Program-made: the position numbers and the translations under genes
Sequence record: MT939492.1
DNA: 64,000 nt
Direction: 5' to 3' (one strand)
The notes under the pieces: generated by a model
What the model was told of the DNA's origin: nothing
Database searches by the model: none
The model's input: only the letters and a program-made list of their open reading frames with translations
Part shown: piece after piece, positions 36,692 to 47,288 of the stretch
Numbering within the stretch: the stretch's first letter is position 1
Layout of the letters: the number at the start of each line of letters is the position of its first letter

Positions 36692-39391
36692 GTGTCCACT
36701 GCGTATTACAAACTTTACGTCGCCGACGTTCTTGCATTGTCGCGCTCGCTGGTCATCAAGTCCGCCGATGCTGCCGAGGCGAGCAATCGGTATCTTCGTG
36801 AGCTCGGCTACGAAGTGCGTGACGAAGATCCCAGTAGCTGGCGTTATTACAGGAACATGGCCGGCGAGTATCATCCAGCGGACAAACTGATGTATGTCAC
36901 CTCGCTGGACACGCTTCAAAGAATAGAGTTCACCAAGGAAAGTTTGGCTGAGCATCGCGTCACCAAGCGCGAATACTCCACCCACGGGGACTACTACAAG
37001 CAGCTTCGGGAGAAATACCCGGCGCAGGTCGGACTGATCAACGGTATCCTCAACCCGATCGATCTGACCGCTGGGTTCACTCCCAACGACGTGGACGCTG
37101 CCGACTTCTCCACGATCTACAACTGCGCCGACGGCACGATCTTGTACTACGATCAGACGTTGGTGGAGAGCAACGAGCGCAACCTGATCCCGCAGCTGGA
37201 GGCATGGCTGCGCCGTGTCCTGATCCGCTGGATCGTTCCGGGGTTCCAGCTCACCGACGACATGTACTTCGGTGCGATGTTTGCAGCCATCGGCTCGAAC
37301 ATCCCCGGCAAGATCATGGGTATCCGTGACAGCAATGCGCACACTCGCTACGCGCACAGCTTCCACATCCGCGAGTTCCTGGCCAGCCATGGCAAGCTGG
37401 ACACGTTCATCGACACGCTGACCAAGAAGCAGATGCTGTGGCTGTATCGCAACATCCGCTACATCGAGCGCAATCCGGGTAAGCAGGAGACCTTCGATGA
37501 TCTGCTGCAGAACCTGCTGACCGAACGCGGCATCCCGCTGGCCAAGTGGGACATTCGCCACGACCTGGAAGAGCAGCCGGACAACATCTCCCCCACTCCG
37601 CGCTTGTTCCGTACTGCGTTGAACTTCGGGTTCAATCAGACCGGTGACGATGTGCGTAGCGTGGCGCGCATGTTGGATGCGGAGCAGCCTGCGGCAAAGG
37701 ATAACGCTTCCATCCAGGGTTACGAGGAGCCTCTGATCACCGAGGCCATCCAGACCGCTGCAATGGATGCGTTCCCGACGAAGGTACTTGAATCGGCCAT
37801 GCTGGATCTGACCGACTCGATGCCCTTCACGCTGTCGGACACCCTGCTCAACCACTGGATCTTCTGGAGCAACAACGATCGCTACACGCCGGTTATCACC
37901 GTGCCCGATCCTCGTTCGGGTGAAGGTGTACGGATGACGGTACGCAACGCGTTCATCGTCTACCTGTGGGCTTACAACAAGTCTCGCGGTGTCGACCTGG
38001 TACGCTTGCCGAAGCTGGAGGCTCGCCATATCCTCCGTGATCCTGCTCCGCGTCCGTCTGAGCTGTGGACCATCGTCGATCGCAAGTACGTCAAGGACAA
38101 CATCGTAGAGGCTCTCTACGCTGGTCACCCGGACATGATCCCCAGCAAGATCATCTCCACGGTCACCTTCTACGAAGCCTGTCAGGAGATCTTCAACTAC
38201 ACCATGCACCAGCGCGACGTTTACGCCGCCCAGGAGCATGAGATGACTCGTGGCATGACCGAGGCGCTTGCGCACCGGTTCTTCTATAACGTCCCGGTGG
38301 ACTTCGGCATGAGTCTGTACTACGAGGACTGGCTGACCGAGAACAACTACCTGATCCACGACTACAGCGTCTTGGAGCTGGATCTGTTCGCCTCGAACAT
38401 CCTGAAGGTTGCAACCGGGATGGACAGCACCAACACCAAGTCGGCTAAGGAGCTGCAGCAGGCGATGATCTCGCTGATGGAGCAGCTGTCCAGCTATTCC
38501 ATCCAGTTCATCTCCTCCATCAACTCCGATGCGTTGAAGATGGCTGACTTCGCTGTCATCCGTCTGGGCGATGACTACACCACCGCTGGCGATACCACGG
38601 ACCTGTCCAAGCTGGCCGTGCGTGTGCTCAGTGCTGACACGTTGGCTCGACATGAAGTTGAGTACGACATGATCGGTGATCTGGTGGAGTTCGATGTGAC
38701 GTCCACCAAGCTCCACGAGCTGGACGTAGACTTCTCGGTTGGCTTTGAAGGCGGTCTCTCTCGCGAGGTCACTGAGAACGTGGACATGCTCAATGTGCGA
38801 TTCTCCATCGTGCAGGAGCCGTCCAAGACGCTGGCCAGTCAGATCACCAAGACCACGCTGCCCGTGTTCGATGCTACTGCTCGCTTCACGGCGGGTAAGT
38901 ATCTGGCCACAGACAGCAACCCGCTGTTGGCAATGCCCAATGGCTGGTCGGTGATTCGACGCATGAACGATGACAACAACGCGGCAGTGTATCCCCATAA
39001 CGCTACGATCGCTCGTACCGGTATGGTGGGTGCAAATGCCAAGGTGCTGGTGACCGCTGTTCCTCCGCGCAATACGGCAGAGGTTGAGCGTTACACCGGC
39101 GTCATCGAACTGCAGGCGCCGCTGCTGGATCTGGCCACGTACTTCACTGGTGCTAACCTGCGCTGGGACGGAGACGTGCGTCCGATGGACGTCTACGAGA
39201 TCGTGGACTGGCTCAATCGCAAGTACGGCATGGAGCTGGCTCGCGATGAATTCGTCTACGCTGCAATCGCCGCCAATGCAACCTCGGTGACGATGAGTGC
39301 CTCGACCAAGAGCATGCGACTGAAGGGAAGCTTCACTGTCCAGATTCCGGCCAGTAGCTTCATGGGTAAGCTGGCAGAGATGTTCGGCTAA
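36692..39391 (+). CDS. Conserved virion (baseplate-associated) protein
   Basis: GTG with RBS ggagg; SWRYY.NMAGEYHP and SLDT..I.F motifs typical of the phiKZ-like gene next to the portal; C-terminal anchor-like module. Confidence 0.7.
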   Translation: MSTAYYKLYVADVLALSRSLVIKSADAAEASNRYLRELGYEVRDEDPSSWRYYRNMAGEYHPADKLMYVTSLDTLQRIEFTKESLAEHRVTKREYSTHGDYYKQLREKYPAQVGLINGILNPIDLTAGFTPNDVDAADFSTIYNCADGTILYYDQTLVESNERNLIPQLEAWLRRVLIRWIVPGFQLTDDMYFGAMFAAIGSNIPGKIMGIRDSNAHTRYAHSFHIREFLASHGKLDTFIDTLTKKQMLWLYRNIRYIERNPGKQETFDDLLQNLLTERGIPLAKWDIRHDLEEQPDNISPTPRLFRTALNFGFNQTGDDVRSVARMLDAEQPAAKDNASIQGYEEPLITEAIQTAAMDAFPTKVLESAMLDLTDSMPFTLSDTLLNHWIFWSNNDRYTPVITVPDPRSGEGVRMTVRNAFIVYLWAYNKSRGVDLVRLPKLEARHILRDPAPRPSELWTIVDRKYVKDNIVEALYAGHPDMIPSKIISTVTFYEACQEIFNYTMHQRDVYAAQEHEMTRGMTEALAHRFFYNVPVDFGMSLYYEDWLTENNYLIHDYSVLELDLFASNILKVATGMDSTNTKSAKELQQAMISLMEQLSSYSIQFISSINSDALKMADFAVIRLGDDYTTAGDTTDLSKLAVRVLSADTLARHEVEYDMIGDLVEFDVTSTKLHELDVDFSVGFEGGLSREVTENVDMLNVRFSIVQEPSKTLASQITKTTLPVFDATARFTAGKYLATDSNPLLAMPNGWSVIRRMNDDNNAAVYPHNATIARTGMVGANAKVLVTAVPPRNTAEVERYTGVIELQAPLLDLATYFTGANLRWDGDVRPMDVYEIVDWLNRKYGMELARDEFVYAAIAANATSVTMSASTKSMRLKGSFTVQIPASSFMGKLAEMFG

Positions 39392-39431
39392 CGGCATAAG
39401 GGGAGGGGCTTTCGCCCCTCCCTCTATGTCC
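39392..39431. terminator. Bidirectional GGCATA...TATG hairpin
   Basis: cggcataag-gggaggggc-tttc-gcccctccc-tctatgtcc; no U-tract on either strand. Confidence 0.7.
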
Positions 39432-39449
39432 TTCTGCTTTCAGCGCCGC

Positions 39450-40499
39450 TTAGGTCTGCGGAGCCGACAGCGTGAAGTGACCCAGCACGCGCGGACCGAA
39501 GCCGACCTTGCGGATGGCCACGGCAGTCGCCGAACGGATGGTGCCAGCGATGGCGACCAGGTCGACCAGCGCCTGCAGCTTCAGGCCCGACTCGCTCACG
39601 GTGAGGACGATGTCAGCCAGTTCCGGCACGGCGTCTTCGGCCACGTTCTCACGCAGCACGTAGCCTTCGCCTTCGGCCACGACCTTGTACTCGATCTCGC
39701 GGCTGCCATCGATGCGCAGGCGGAAGTCGTACAGGCTGTCCAGCTTGGCGCCGTCAGCCAGCGAGGCCGGGTTGGCCAGTTCGAACAGGACCATGTACTT
39801 GGCGTCCGGATCGACTTCGTGGCCACCGTTGGACCACTTGACCTTGCCGTCCATGTTGGCGCCCACGCCGACGATGGCTTCCTGGTTGGTGCCGACTTCG
39901 TAGAACACGTGGTCCACGATCGACGGATCCATGCCCGGCAGGGTCAGCGATTCGGTGTAGGCGTTGAGCACCTTGCCCACATGACCCGGCAGCGCTTCGG
40001 GGTACTGGAAGCCCTTCAGCGTGGTGTGGGTGATGTAGTTCGGCAGCATGATCTTTTCAGCGATCAGCTGAACGACCATTTCGCCCAGGTACACGTACGA
40101 ACCCGGCTTGGCCTTGACGGTCAGCTCGGCGGAGCCGAACTCGCCCGGGTAGGCGCCGACGATCTCGACGTCGGTCGGTTCCAGCTGCAGGCCGTACTCG
40201 GCGTTCATCGCGTCCAGCAGGGTGGCGTCGGAGACCACGTCCTTGGCCGAGAACTCCACTTCCTGGTCGATGAACATGCGGTCCAGGAACAGACGCTCGA
40301 AGCGCGTGGTGACCGGGCCGTACCAGTAGCTGGTCGGCGAAGCGGTGACCGTACAGGCGGTGTTGCGCTCGTCCTGGTTCTGGCTCAGTTCCACCGGCGG
40401 CCCGAAGATCAGGTCGTCGAAGGTGAAGGTGGCGTCGTTGTCGTCGTTGATCAGGTCCAGGAGGAGTTCCTTACCCGGCTTGTTCAAGTAGTCGATCAT
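39450..40499 (-). CDS. Tail-tip/fibre paralog 1
   Basis: KPGKELLLDLINDDN..FERLFL..LKGFQYP anchor module. Confidence 0.8.
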   Translation of the reverse strand: MIDYLNKPGKELLLDLINDDNDATFTFDDLIFGPPVELSQNQDERNTACTVTASPTSYWYGPVTTRFERLFLDRMFIDQEVEFSAKDVVSDATLLDAMNAEYGLQLEPTDVEIVGAYPGEFGSAELTVKAKPGSYVYLGEMVVQLIAEKIMLPNYITHTTLKGFQYPEALPGHVGKVLNAYTESLTLPGMDPSIVDHVFYEVGTNQEAIVGVGANMDGKVKWSNGGHEVDPDAKYMVLFELANPASLADGAKLDSLYDFRLRIDGSREIEYKVVAEGEGYVLRENVAEDAVPELADIVLTVSESGLKLQALVDLVAIAGTIRSATAVAIRKVGFGPRVLGHFTLSAPQT

Positions 40500-40569
40500 T
40501 TCGTAATACCCTTGTGGTGTGTTGCAGTGAGGTGGAGACGCTCAAATGATTCGCAAGATGCTTGGCGAA

Positions 40570-41685
40570 TCAGCGGCGCATGGTCCGGGTGAGGACGATT
40601 TCCTTGGAGCGCTTGGTCTTGTGCTTGCCGCGCAGAGTCACGATCAGAACGCCGGTCGTACCCGCACTACCGCCGCCGCCACTGCCACGGGACATGCCCA
40701 GGGTGATCAGACGCGGCTGGATATGCTGCTGGTAAGAGACTGCGTAATCCCACTCGAAGCTGAACGCTGCGTACGAACGGTACGCGGGGACATTGTCGCC
40801 GCTGACGTTCATACCGTCGGTGACGCCGTCGCCTTGCCAGATCACACGGCCGTTGCCCTGGAGAACCGGCTTCAGGGTAACCTTGCCGTTGATCGAACCC
40901 ATTTCCAGGGTGAAGTCGTATTCGTCCATCAGCTGGACGAGGTTACGGGCACTTGCCGCCTTGATGCCGACGATCATCTGCGGGAAGCGATAGCTACCGC
41001 TGCCGATCGGGCCACCGACCTGCACGATAGCACCCTTCGGATCGCCATTGATCGTGGTCGGGTAGGTGACCGGATAACCACGCATCTGGATATCCAGCAC
41101 CACGTCGCCGTTGTTGGCACCGTAGGTCTGCAAGCCATCGACGATCGGACCGTCGGTGTAGATGACGTTGTTCCACGAGGGGACGTCGGCGTTCGGGTAA
41201 TGGAAACCCTCCAGCTCGGTCTTCAGGATGCGGGCGGAGAGCGGCATGCGCTCCAGGTCCACGAACAGCGGGAACTCGCCGGTGTAGGCGAGATTGTTGC
41301 CCTTGGCGCGCAGCTTGTACGGTTCGGGGATTGCGCCATCGTCCTGCGGCAGCAGCTCGAACTCGTCGATCTTGAAGGACAGATCGTAGGTGAAGTTCAG
41401 GTGACAGATGATGTCTGCCGCCGTGGCTTCCTTGGGAACGGAAACCGAGACGTCCTGTCCGGCGAACAGCGTTGCCAGATCCAGTCGATCGTACTTGACG
41501 TCGACGAACTTGTTCCACGGCGAGTCCTCGGCCGCAGCAACATTCAGCTCGGTGTTGCCATCTTCCGTGGAGGCGGTCGGCTCACCGAAGACGAGCTGTT
41601 CTTCGGTGATGGTGGTGCCGTTCTCGGAGTTGATCAGATCCAGGATCAATTCGGAGCCGGATTTTGCGAGAGGACAGACGTCCAT
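40570..41685 (-). CDS. Tail-tip/fibre paralog 2
   Basis: MDVCPLAKSG..YDRLDL..RMPLSAR..GFHYPNAD. Confidence 0.82.
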   Translation of the reverse strand: MDVCPLAKSGSELILDLINSENGTTITEEQLVFGEPTASTEDGNTELNVAAAEDSPWNKFVDVKYDRLDLATLFAGQDVSVSVPKEATAADIICHLNFTYDLSFKIDEFELLPQDDGAIPEPYKLRAKGNNLAYTGEFPLFVDLERMPLSARILKTELEGFHYPNADVPSWNNVIYTDGPIVDGLQTYGANNGDVVLDIQMRGYPVTYPTTINGDPKGAIVQVGGPIGSGSYRFPQMIVGIKAASARNLVQLMDEYDFTLEMGSINGKVTLKPVLQGNGRVIWQGDGVTDGMNVSGDNVPAYRSYAAFSFEWDYAVSYQQHIQPRLITLGMSRGSGGGGSAGTTGVLIVTLRGKHKTKRSKEIVLTRTMRR

Positions 41686-41720
41686 CTATAGTACCTGCTG
41701 CGGTGGGTGAAACGGTTGGA

Positions 41721-42935
41721 TTACTTTTCAGGATCGGTTCGGACGTCCAGACGCACGACCAGAGACTTACCCTTGCCATCCTTGCGCTTGGCCGTGATGA
41801 TGACGTAGCCTTCGCCGTGCATGCGAGATGCGCCACTGCCGCTCCAACCACGGAAGCGCGGCAGCAACGACACGCCCGGCTGGAGGGAGGAGCGGAACCA
41901 GTTGCCAGTGGTCGAATTGTTCACGACGGACCAGGGCAGGGTGCTGTTGTCGTCCAGCAGCCACTGAATGGCCTGGGCGTTCGACGGATGGATTCGGGCC
42001 ACGGCAGTGACCTTCTTACCGATGGCGTACGCGTCATTCGTCTGGGTATTGCGACTGAACGCTTCGGCGCTGATGTCGTACAGCGACATCAGTTCCTGGG
42101 CAGTCCAGTTTGCAGCGTCCACACGACGGAACCCGCACGAGATGAAGAACGCGTTCTGCGTGACATCACCGCCGATTTTCATCTGCGGGAGAATCATCAC
42201 CCCGTCAACGACAGGCCAGTTGAACTTACTGTACCCGGCGCGCGAATTGGTGCGATGATTGGTGGAAACATCACCGCCAACGTAGAGCAACAGTTCGCCA
42301 TTGTTGGCCGACTTCATGCCCGTGCGCCATTCGTCACGAACATCCGCCGGGGGTTCGGAGTATGCGCCGAGCTGAGTTATTCCCGCCAGGCCAGTTTCGT
42401 TGGCGTGATAGATCACGTTATTGAGACTGGGCTCATCCGCATTGGGATAGCGGAAGCCGGCTAGATCGGTGGTCAGGATACGGGCGCTCAGGGGCATCCG
42501 CTCCAGATCGACGAACACATCGAACGTACCGGAGTACGCCAGATTGTTGGCCAGTGCTTCAACCTTGTAAAGCTCGGGGAGTTCGCCGTCTTCAACCGGC
42601 GTCACCGTGAACTCATTGACATCGAACTTGGTCCCGTAGGTATAGTTCAGATGACAGATGATGTCGGCAGGTGTTGCGGCTTTCGGAACGGAGACTTCCG
42701 CACGTTCACCATGGAACAAGGTGCTCAGGTCCAGGCGATCGTAGTTCACATCCACGAAGCTGTTCCAGGGCGCATCCGCTGCGGCAGCCAGGTTCAGCTT
42801 GGTGTTCTGTTCGGCATCGGTTGCTTCGGGGTTACCGAAGACAAGCTGGTCCTCAGTGATCGCCGAGGAGTTCTCGGCGTTCACCAATTCGAGGATCAGC
42901 TCCTTGCCAGATTTGGCCAAGGGGCAGACTTCCAT
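41721..42935 (-). CDS. Tail-tip/fibre paralog 3
   Basis: MEVCPLAKSG..YDRLDL..RMPLSAR..GFRYPNAD. Confidence 0.82.
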   Translation of the reverse strand: MEVCPLAKSGKELILELVNAENSSAITEDQLVFGNPEATDAEQNTKLNLAAAADAPWNSFVDVNYDRLDLSTLFHGERAEVSVPKAATPADIICHLNYTYGTKFDVNEFTVTPVEDGELPELYKVEALANNLAYSGTFDVFVDLERMPLSARILTTDLAGFRYPNADEPSLNNVIYHANETGLAGITQLGAYSEPPADVRDEWRTGMKSANNGELLLYVGGDVSTNHRTNSRAGYSKFNWPVVDGVMILPQMKIGGDVTQNAFFISCGFRRVDAANWTAQELMSLYDISAEAFSRNTQTNDAYAIGKKVTAVARIHPSNAQAIQWLLDDNSTLPWSVVNNSTTGNWFRSSLQPGVSLLPRFRGWSGSGASRMHGEGYVIITAKRKDGKGKSLVVRLDVRTDPEK

Positions 42936-42945
42936 CGGTTACTCC

Positions 42946-44142
42946 TTAGTTCGGGGCGGTGGGGAAGGGAGGATTGGCAACGGCCGGGAGCTTGATAACG
43001 TCAGCCTTGACCAGCAGATTCATCAGCTTGCCCTTACCGTCCTTGCGTACTGCGTAGAAGCGATACTCTGCCTCGCCGGAGAACACGAAGTTGGAGTACA
43101 GCAGACCCGGCCATACGTTTGCATTGGTGGGGACGAGCTGGGTAATCGTCGCGTTGGCAGGCAGGTTTTCACCAGCCACGCTACCGAAGTCCGTACCGGC
43201 AATGGGATCACCCACCACGCGGAACAGATGCGTGGTCCCGGCAGCGGAAGCCTTCTGCCACTTCCAGGTACGAGTCACCCACTCCGCATCGGCAGTCGCG
43301 CGCGACTTGGTCTCGAAGAAGATATCGTAGTCTTCCATGAGCTGACGCGGAGTTTTACCCTCGTAGCGCAGACCGACCCACACTTCCCAGCCAGTGGAAC
43401 TGGTGACATTGGAGGGACTGGTATAACGCCAGCCATAGAGCGACCTGCGTCCAGTTACCGGATCCGCCGGGTGACCCGGGTAGCTACCAGTGCTGTCAGC
43501 AGGCTTTCGAGACAGGCCCCGGAATCCCAGGAACAGCTCGCCATTGGTCGCCTCGTCGTAACCCCAGGTATTGCCATTCTGGCGTGGCGCCCAGGTCGAA
43601 CGCACGTTCGGGCGAACCACCGGGTTGTTCAGAGACGGCTCATCCGCATTGGGATAGCGGAAGCCATTGAGGTCGGTCTTCAGCAGACGCGCCGACAACG
43701 GCATGCGATCGAGGTCAACGAAGATGTCCATCTCGCCGGTGTAGGCGAGGTTGCCTTCCTTGGCCTTGAGCTTGAACAGCTCCGGCAGTTCGCCATCCTC
43801 GACAGCCGTGAGATCGAACTCACTGGCAGTGAACTTCAAATCGTACGTGAAGTTCAGATGGCAAACGATATCTTCCTTGGTCGCACCCTTCGGCGCGGAA
43901 AGTTCAGCGCGTTGTCCGTGGAACAGAGTGTTGAGGTCCAGTCGGTCGTAGACAATGTCCACGTCCTTGTTCCACGGGGAGTCCGGTGCCGCCACCAGAT
44001 TGAGGCCGGTGTTACCGTCCTCGTTCCCAGCCTGCGGCGTACCGAACATGAGCTGCTCGACGGTGATCTCGCTGTTGTTTTCAGCATTGACCAGATCGAG
44101 GACCAGCTCCTGGCCAGTTTTGGCCAATGGGCAAACATCCAT
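42946..44142 (-). CDS. Tail-tip/fibre paralog 4
   Basis: MDVCPLAKTG..YDRLDL..RMPLSAR..GFRYPNAD. Confidence 0.82.
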   Translation of the reverse strand: MDVCPLAKTGQELVLDLVNAENNSEITVEQLMFGTPQAGNEDGNTGLNLVAAPDSPWNKDVDIVYDRLDLNTLFHGQRAELSAPKGATKEDIVCHLNFTYDLKFTASEFDLTAVEDGELPELFKLKAKEGNLAYTGEMDIFVDLDRMPLSARLLKTDLNGFRYPNADEPSLNNPVVRPNVRSTWAPRQNGNTWGYDEATNGELFLGFRGLSRKPADSTGSYPGHPADPVTGRRSLYGWRYTSPSNVTSSTGWEVWVGLRYEGKTPRQLMEDYDIFFETKSRATADAEWVTRTWKWQKASAAGTTHLFRVVGDPIAGTDFGSVAGENLPANATITQLVPTNANVWPGLLYSNFVFSGEAEYRFYAVRKDGKGKLMNLLVKADVIKLPAVANPPFPTAPN

Positions 44143-44154
44143 CTATTATCTCCT

Positions 44155-45345
44155 TTAACCGGTTCGGCCGGCGAGGTTGACCTTGAAAGTCAGTTCGATC
44201 GGCTTGGCAATGCCTGAGGTGCGCTGGGCGACAACATTGTAGGTTACATAACCCACGCAGATCGCGACCCGCTGGTTGGTCGGAGAGTTCGAGGTTACTA
44301 CATCAGCCTGCTGCAAAGCGGCGAATTGATTACCCGGGGAATAGGGGATGTAGGAGTCGACCTGGTACGCCGGGACGCCGTTCTGCATGACGACGGAGAG
44401 ACGATCTTTCAGACCGTCCTCATAGACGATTTCCAGATACGACTGACCAGCTACCCGGACTACCTTACCCTTACGGGAGACAGCCTTGGTCTGATCGTTG
44501 GGACTGACGATCATCTCAACATCGATGATGTAACCATCGAGCAGATGTTCGAACTTGTCCTGCCCCGGCAACATGCCCATGAACAGAAGCAGTCTCGGCG
44601 CATTGCGGTAGATCGTGTTGTTGTACTGGTTGGCCGTACTGTAGGCACCATACACGGCAGGTTCCCCGCCGAAGTAATCGGCCGGCTGGAAGACAGCCGT
44701 ACTACCCTGCGTCCTGTACCACACCGCTCGGGCACCCACAAACATCTCGCCATTGCGAGCGTAGGAGTAGCGGGTGAGACCACTGGCGCCTTCACCGAGG
44801 ATGAACCCATCAGGCATCGTCTTGTTGTGTTCGACGATGATATCGCCGCCGGCGGAGTAGCCGAAGCCATTGAGGTCAGTGACCGTGAGGCGGGCCGACA
44901 ACGGCATGCGGTCCAGATCAGCGAAGACCTGGAGCGTACCCGTGTAAGCCAGGTTCTCCGCCTTGGCTTTCATCTCGTACAGTTCAGGCAGGTCACCGTC
45001 TTCCAACGGCTTGATCTCGAACTCATCCACCTTGAAGGCAGTGCCGTAGGTGTAGTTGAGGTGACACACCAGGTCGGACGGGGTAGCGCCCTTGGGCAGA
45101 GAGATCTCGGCTCGTTCGTTGTGGAAGATGGTCGCCATGTCCAGTCGATCGTAAGACACGTCGACGAACTTGTTCCATGGAGCATCTTCAGCGGCTGCAA
45201 CGTTGAGGGCGGTGTTGCCGCCCTCGCTGTTGGCCGCAGGCGTACCGAGCACCAGCTGCTCGGCCGCGATCTCCGTATTGTTCTCGGAGTTGATCAGGTT
45301 GAGGATAAGCTCCTCACCTGACTTTGCCAGCGGGCAGATTTCCAT
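44155..45345 (-). CDS. Tail-tip/fibre paralog 5
   Basis: MEICPLAKSG..YDRLDM..RMPLSAR..GFGYS. Confidence 0.82.
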   Translation of the reverse strand: MEICPLAKSGEELILNLINSENNTEIAAEQLVLGTPAANSEGGNTALNVAAAEDAPWNKFVDVSYDRLDMATIFHNERAEISLPKGATPSDLVCHLNYTYGTAFKVDEFEIKPLEDGDLPELYEMKAKAENLAYTGTLQVFADLDRMPLSARLTVTDLNGFGYSAGGDIIVEHNKTMPDGFILGEGASGLTRYSYARNGEMFVGARAVWYRTQGSTAVFQPADYFGGEPAVYGAYSTANQYNNTIYRNAPRLLLFMGMLPGQDKFEHLLDGYIIDVEMIVSPNDQTKAVSRKGKVVRVAGQSYLEIVYEDGLKDRLSVVMQNGVPAYQVDSYIPYSPGNQFAALQQADVVTSNSPTNQRVAICVGYVTYNVVAQRTSGIAKPIELTFKVNLAGRTG

Positions 45346-45358
45346 CTAGGGATTCCTG

Positions 45359-47278
45359 TTAAGCGGTGAAGGTGAACATGGTCGCCATTTCGATCGGCTT
45401 GCCAGTACCATCCTTGCGCTTGAGTTTCCAACGCAGTTCGGTCTGGCCGACGTAGGCGTACCTGGCAGTGCTCAACTGCGTGACATTGAGACCCTTACAG
45501 AACGGCGGAGCATCGGCGAGCGCCGCCGCACTGCTGCCCTGAATCCCGTTGGGCCGGATGTTGACGACGTAGTAGTTCTTGCCGTCGATTTCCGTACGGC
45601 CGGCGTTGTAGTTGCTCGACCCACCCTGCAGTTTCAGACCGTATTGGAGCTTACCATTGGCGTCGGTCCAGGGCAGCATGTCACGCGTCTCGGTCGTCCA
45701 TGATGCCGACGAACTTGTACGACTACGGCAGATCAGCTGGATGTCATATTCCTTCATGACACGGTCATCGCCCAACTCATCGATGTCGTAGTTCAAACCG
45801 AACGCAAGGCGCCAGGGCTCCATGGTGGTGCCGATCATGATCGTCTTCGGCGAGCGGGTGGGGTTGTCCTGGGCAACGCCGCTCACAGTGCGCGTTTGAA
45901 TGGATCGGGTATAGAGCAGAACCTCACCATTGTCGACGTAGTCTACCAAGCCACCAGTGTCGCCTCGGGTTCCAACCACGCCCAGTCCGTTCGGCAGAGG
46001 AGCCGGCTGGGATACTACGTACGACGGAGTGGTCAGCGAACCAGGCTGATTCAACTGTGGGTCGGATGCGAACTTCATGCGCAGCACGATCGGATCCGCT
46101 ACCCCTTCCCTGCGCTGGAATACAACCTCGACTTCACCTTCACCGAACACACGCTGGATGCCTCGTCCGTCGATCACCTGGCTCCATTCCGTCAGCCCAG
46201 GCAGGGCGCGGTTTATGGTGCCCATGGAAATGTTCGCACGCATCCCCACACTTCCCAGCGTACCCTGATTACCGATAGAGCCGGCCTTGGCGCTGGCATC
46301 GTCTGGCTGGAAGTAGAAGCTATCGATACGTCCGAGGTCATCTTCGGCCTTGTAGTTACGCTCGGCCCGAACGCCGTTGCCATTACTCGACAAGGCCTTC
46401 AGGGTGATATCATAACGTTCAAGGATATCTTTAGTGGTGAGCGGCGTGCCGTCAACGTTCATGATGCCGACCAGCAGTGTCGGGGCAGCATTTGGCTGCG
46501 CCGCCGCCGCGCGTACCTGCGGGAACACCACCGTGCCGTTGATGGCATCGCGGGGACCATAGAACCTGCCTACTCCGCTCTGATTCGCCGGGAGCGACGG
46601 GTCGTAGGTGGGGACTTCCAGTGCCATGTAGCCGATGACCTCACCGTTATTGCCAGTGGTGACGCCACGACGATAGACAGCCTTCAAGGCAGGATCTGAA
46701 GGTGCGCTGTAGTAACCGAAGTTACCGTACATGCTGAAGTCGGTATCCGGGGTGTACACCACGTTGTCGAGCGCCGGACCTCGGTACGGGTACTTGAACC
46801 CGTTCAGATCGGTCACGGTCAAACGAGCCGTCAGTGGCATGCGATCAAGATCGGCAAACACATCCACCGATCCAACGTAGGCCATGTTGCCAGCCTTCGC
46901 CGTAACCTTGTAGAGTTCCGGCAAGTCACCATCTTCCAACGGGACGACGTCGAATTCAGCAACGTCGAACTTCAGGTCGTAGGTGTAATTCAGGTGGCAG
47001 ATCAGATCAGCCGCCGTTGCCCCCTTGGGCAGAGACACCTCGGCACGTTCGTTGTTGAACAACACTCCAAGATCGAGACGATCGAAGGAGGTATCCACGA
47101 AGCTGTTCCACGGTGCGTCGGGAGCTGCAGTCAGGCGGAGGGCGGTGTTCCCGCCCTCCTCATTCGATTCCACTTCGCCGAAGACCAACTGCTCCTCGGC
47201 GATCTCGCTCCCATTCTCCTGGTTGACCAGGTCGAGGATGAGCAGCTTACTGGGTTTCGCCAATGGGCAAACGTCCAT
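45359..47278 (-). CDS. Tail-tip/fibre paralog 6 (two variable domains)
   Basis: MDVCPLAKPS..FDRLDL..RMPLTAR..GFKYP; two NGE..YDI..R(K)xG units. Confidence 0.82.
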   Translation of the reverse strand: MDVCPLAKPSKLLILDLVNQENGSEIAEEQLVFGEVESNEEGGNTALRLTAAPDAPWNSFVDTSFDRLDLGVLFNNERAEVSLPKGATAADLICHLNYTYDLKFDVAEFDVVPLEDGDLPELYKVTAKAGNMAYVGSVDVFADLDRMPLTARLTVTDLNGFKYPYRGPALDNVVYTPDTDFSMYGNFGYYSAPSDPALKAVYRRGVTTGNNGEVIGYMALEVPTYDPSLPANQSGVGRFYGPRDAINGTVVFPQVRAAAAQPNAAPTLLVGIMNVDGTPLTTKDILERYDITLKALSSNGNGVRAERNYKAEDDLGRIDSFYFQPDDASAKAGSIGNQGTLGSVGMRANISMGTINRALPGLTEWSQVIDGRGIQRVFGEGEVEVVFQRREGVADPIVLRMKFASDPQLNQPGSLTTPSYVVSQPAPLPNGLGVVGTRGDTGGLVDYVDNGEVLLYTRSIQTRTVSGVAQDNPTRSPKTIMIGTTMEPWRLAFGLNYDIDELGDDRVMKEYDIQLICRSRTSSSASWTTETRDMLPWTDANGKLQYGLKLQGGSSNYNAGRTEIDGKNYYVVNIRPNGIQGSSAAALADAPPFCKGLNVTQLSTARYAYVGQTELRWKLKRKDGTGKPIEMATMFTFTA

Positions 47279-47288
47279 GGGTTACTCC

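Noticed and set aside
33753-39397. 1045-aa (+) and 916-aa (-) ORFs opposite the portal and baseplate genes, and 60283..63567 (+)
   Set aside because: Antisense shadows; the opposite strand has the RBS, motifs and synteny
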